Assembly (NCBI GenBank): GCA_042219045.1 | Contig: JBDGQO010000069.1 | Location: forward strand, 1 to 16,188 | Direction of reading: 5' to 3' | Length of the DNA stretch: 16,188 nt | From: Candidatus Bipolaricaulia bacterium | GTDB taxonomy: Bacteria > Bipolaricaulota > Bipolaricaulia > RBG-16-55-9 | Part shown: positions 14,626-16,188 of the stretch, in pieces | Position numbering within the stretch: the first letter of the stretch is position 1 | How the letters are laid out: each line of letters opens with the position of its first letter | The notes under the pieces: generated by a model | Told to the model about the DNA's origin: nothing | Seen by the model: only the letters and a program-made list of their open reading frames with translations | Databases searched by the model: none | Made by a program: the position numbers and the translations under genes

Positions 14626-16188
14626 ATGAAACGGCGGTTCAGCCTTGTCCTAGTCAGCCTCCTGTGCATTTCTATCGCAGGGGCTGCGCAATCGGATAAC
14701 TCAGAGGGCCCACTCGGCGACTAAGGCGACGCGCCCGACGGCGCCTCAACCGAATACGTCCACAACTTCGAGCCAGGGCGCGAGGGATCCTTCCCGACTG
14801 ATTTCCGGACTAACCAACAGCAGAGCGATCCCACATATGTTCTCCATCGGTCGCCACAGGAAGAGGCCTACCTCGGCCAGCTCGCAACGACCGAAGGTAA
14901 CGCGCTTCAGGTCAACCGCGACCTCGACGATGGCTGGGGGCCGAGCAGCTTCGTCACCTGCAACGCGGCCGCGCTCGAGGTCCTCGTCACGGTTCCCGAG
15001 TCGGCCAGCGAGGATGCGATCTACCTCAACGCGCTGTTCGACTGGAATCACGATGGCCAGTGGGGCGGGTCCACCACGTGCAACGTCGAGGATACGGAGC
15101 GCCAGGTTGCCGAATGGGGCATCCAGAACCTCGCGCTCCACGAAGCCCCCTACAACCTCGAACCCGGTTTCCAGGGCAAGATTACCCTTCCGGCCGTAAC
15201 GACCGGGGCCTTGCCGGGCGACCTCTGGATGCGCTTGACCGTGACCTCAACGCCCGTGGATACCGAGCGCTTCACGCCCGCCTTGCAAGGGGGGCAGGGA
15301 TGGACCGGCCAAGGCAACTTCGAATACGGGGAATCGGAAGACTACCTCACTTGTCTGATCTTTGATGCCGACAAGCCCCTCGAGGGGTGCCCGGCGCCGT
15401 TGACCACGCAACAGCCGATCGACCCGCCGCCAGGTGCCACGACACCGGATGCGGTCGACGACGAAGTCGACACGTCCCCTTCGGACGGCATTGAAGTCGA
15501 CGTGCTGGCCAACGACGAGGACCCGGCCGACCAGCCGCTGCGGATCACCCAGACGTCGAATGCCGCCAATGGCACCGTGAGCGTCAACCCGGACGGCACG
15601 GTGAGCTACACGCCCGATGCGGGCTTCACCGGAACCGACCAATTCACCTATACCGTCTGCGACCCCGACGGCAGCTGCGATACCGCAACGGTCATCGTCA
15701 ACGTGGCCCAGACCAACAGTCCGCCGGTCGCCGACGACGACGAGGCCACCACCCTGGAAGGCAGCGAAACCACGGTGGACGTCCTCGACAACGACATCGA
15801 CCCCGACGGCGACTCGCTCTCGATCGTCGGCAACACGGAGCCGGCCAATGGCAGCATCAGTTGCACCGAAAGCGTCTGCAGTTACACGCCCGACGATGGG
15901 TTTGTCGGCACCGACTCGTTCACCTACACCGTCAGCGACGGCAACGGCGGCACGGACACCGCGACCGCGACCATTACGGTCAACGATGTCAACAGCCCCC
16001 CAACGGCCCAGGACGCGACGGTGACGACGGATGAAGATACGCCCGTCGACGTTGATCTCGTCTGCACGGATCCCGACGGTAATCCCCTCAGCTTCGCGAT
16101 CACCGACGGTCCGGATCAGGGGACGCTCTCCGGCAGCGGAGATGCCCGCACCTACACCCCGGCTGATGACGTCAACGGGACCGACACG
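14626..16188 (+). pseudogene. Large secreted adhesin-like gene (signal peptide, GEVED domain, Big_9/cadherin-like tandem repeats) interrupted by an in-frame TAA at 14722-14724; runs off the window
   Basis: SD GAGGAGG, then MKRRFSLVLVSLLCISIAGAAQ and GD*GDAPD. The frame then stays open for 488 codons, with YLNALFDWNHDG, WMRLT, GESEDY and repeats containing VDVLAND, YTPD and GTDSFTYTV. It could be an intact CDS with a base-call error. Confidence 0.8.
15442..16188 (+). repeat. Three tandem Ig-like/cadherin-like (Big_9) protein repeats of about 92-93 aa, the third partial
   Basis: Units start at about 15442 (TPDAVDD), 15721 (PPVADDD) and 15997 (PPTAQD). Each has DP(D/A), YTP and GTD motifs. Confidence 0.85.

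Noticed and set aside
14722..14724. Stop-codon reassignment, selenocysteine or pyrrolysine at the adhesin's internal stop
   Set aside because: The codon is TAA rather than TGA or TAG, TAA terminates thyX and fmt here, and the expected residue is Tyr or Phe.

Overview
GC-rich bacterial chromosomal window with acidic proteins, suggesting a halophile. The secreted proteins resemble those of Ca. Bipolaricaulota, which is an impression only. Left to right it holds: a truncated, diverged copy of the thyX promoter and 5' end; a two-gene cassette (84-aa protein plus retropepsin-like aspartic protease); tandem-domain thyX; an IscA/HesB-family gene with a Cys-rich tail; def-fmt on the minus strand, with fmt apparently starting at CTG; recG; an orphan gatC; rpsB-tsf-pyrH on the minus strand with no frr; a Nif3-like gene; and three secreted or surface proteins (a beta-barrel-like protein, a NosD/beta-helix protein, and a GEVED plus Big_9-repeat adhesin running off the end). 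The adhesin is missing from the ORF track. It follows a near-consensus sigma70 promoter and a c-di-GMP-I riboswitch with an SD-sequestering platform, and it has an in-frame TAA at codon 33. Two copies of a palindromic intergenic repeat follow thyX and recG.
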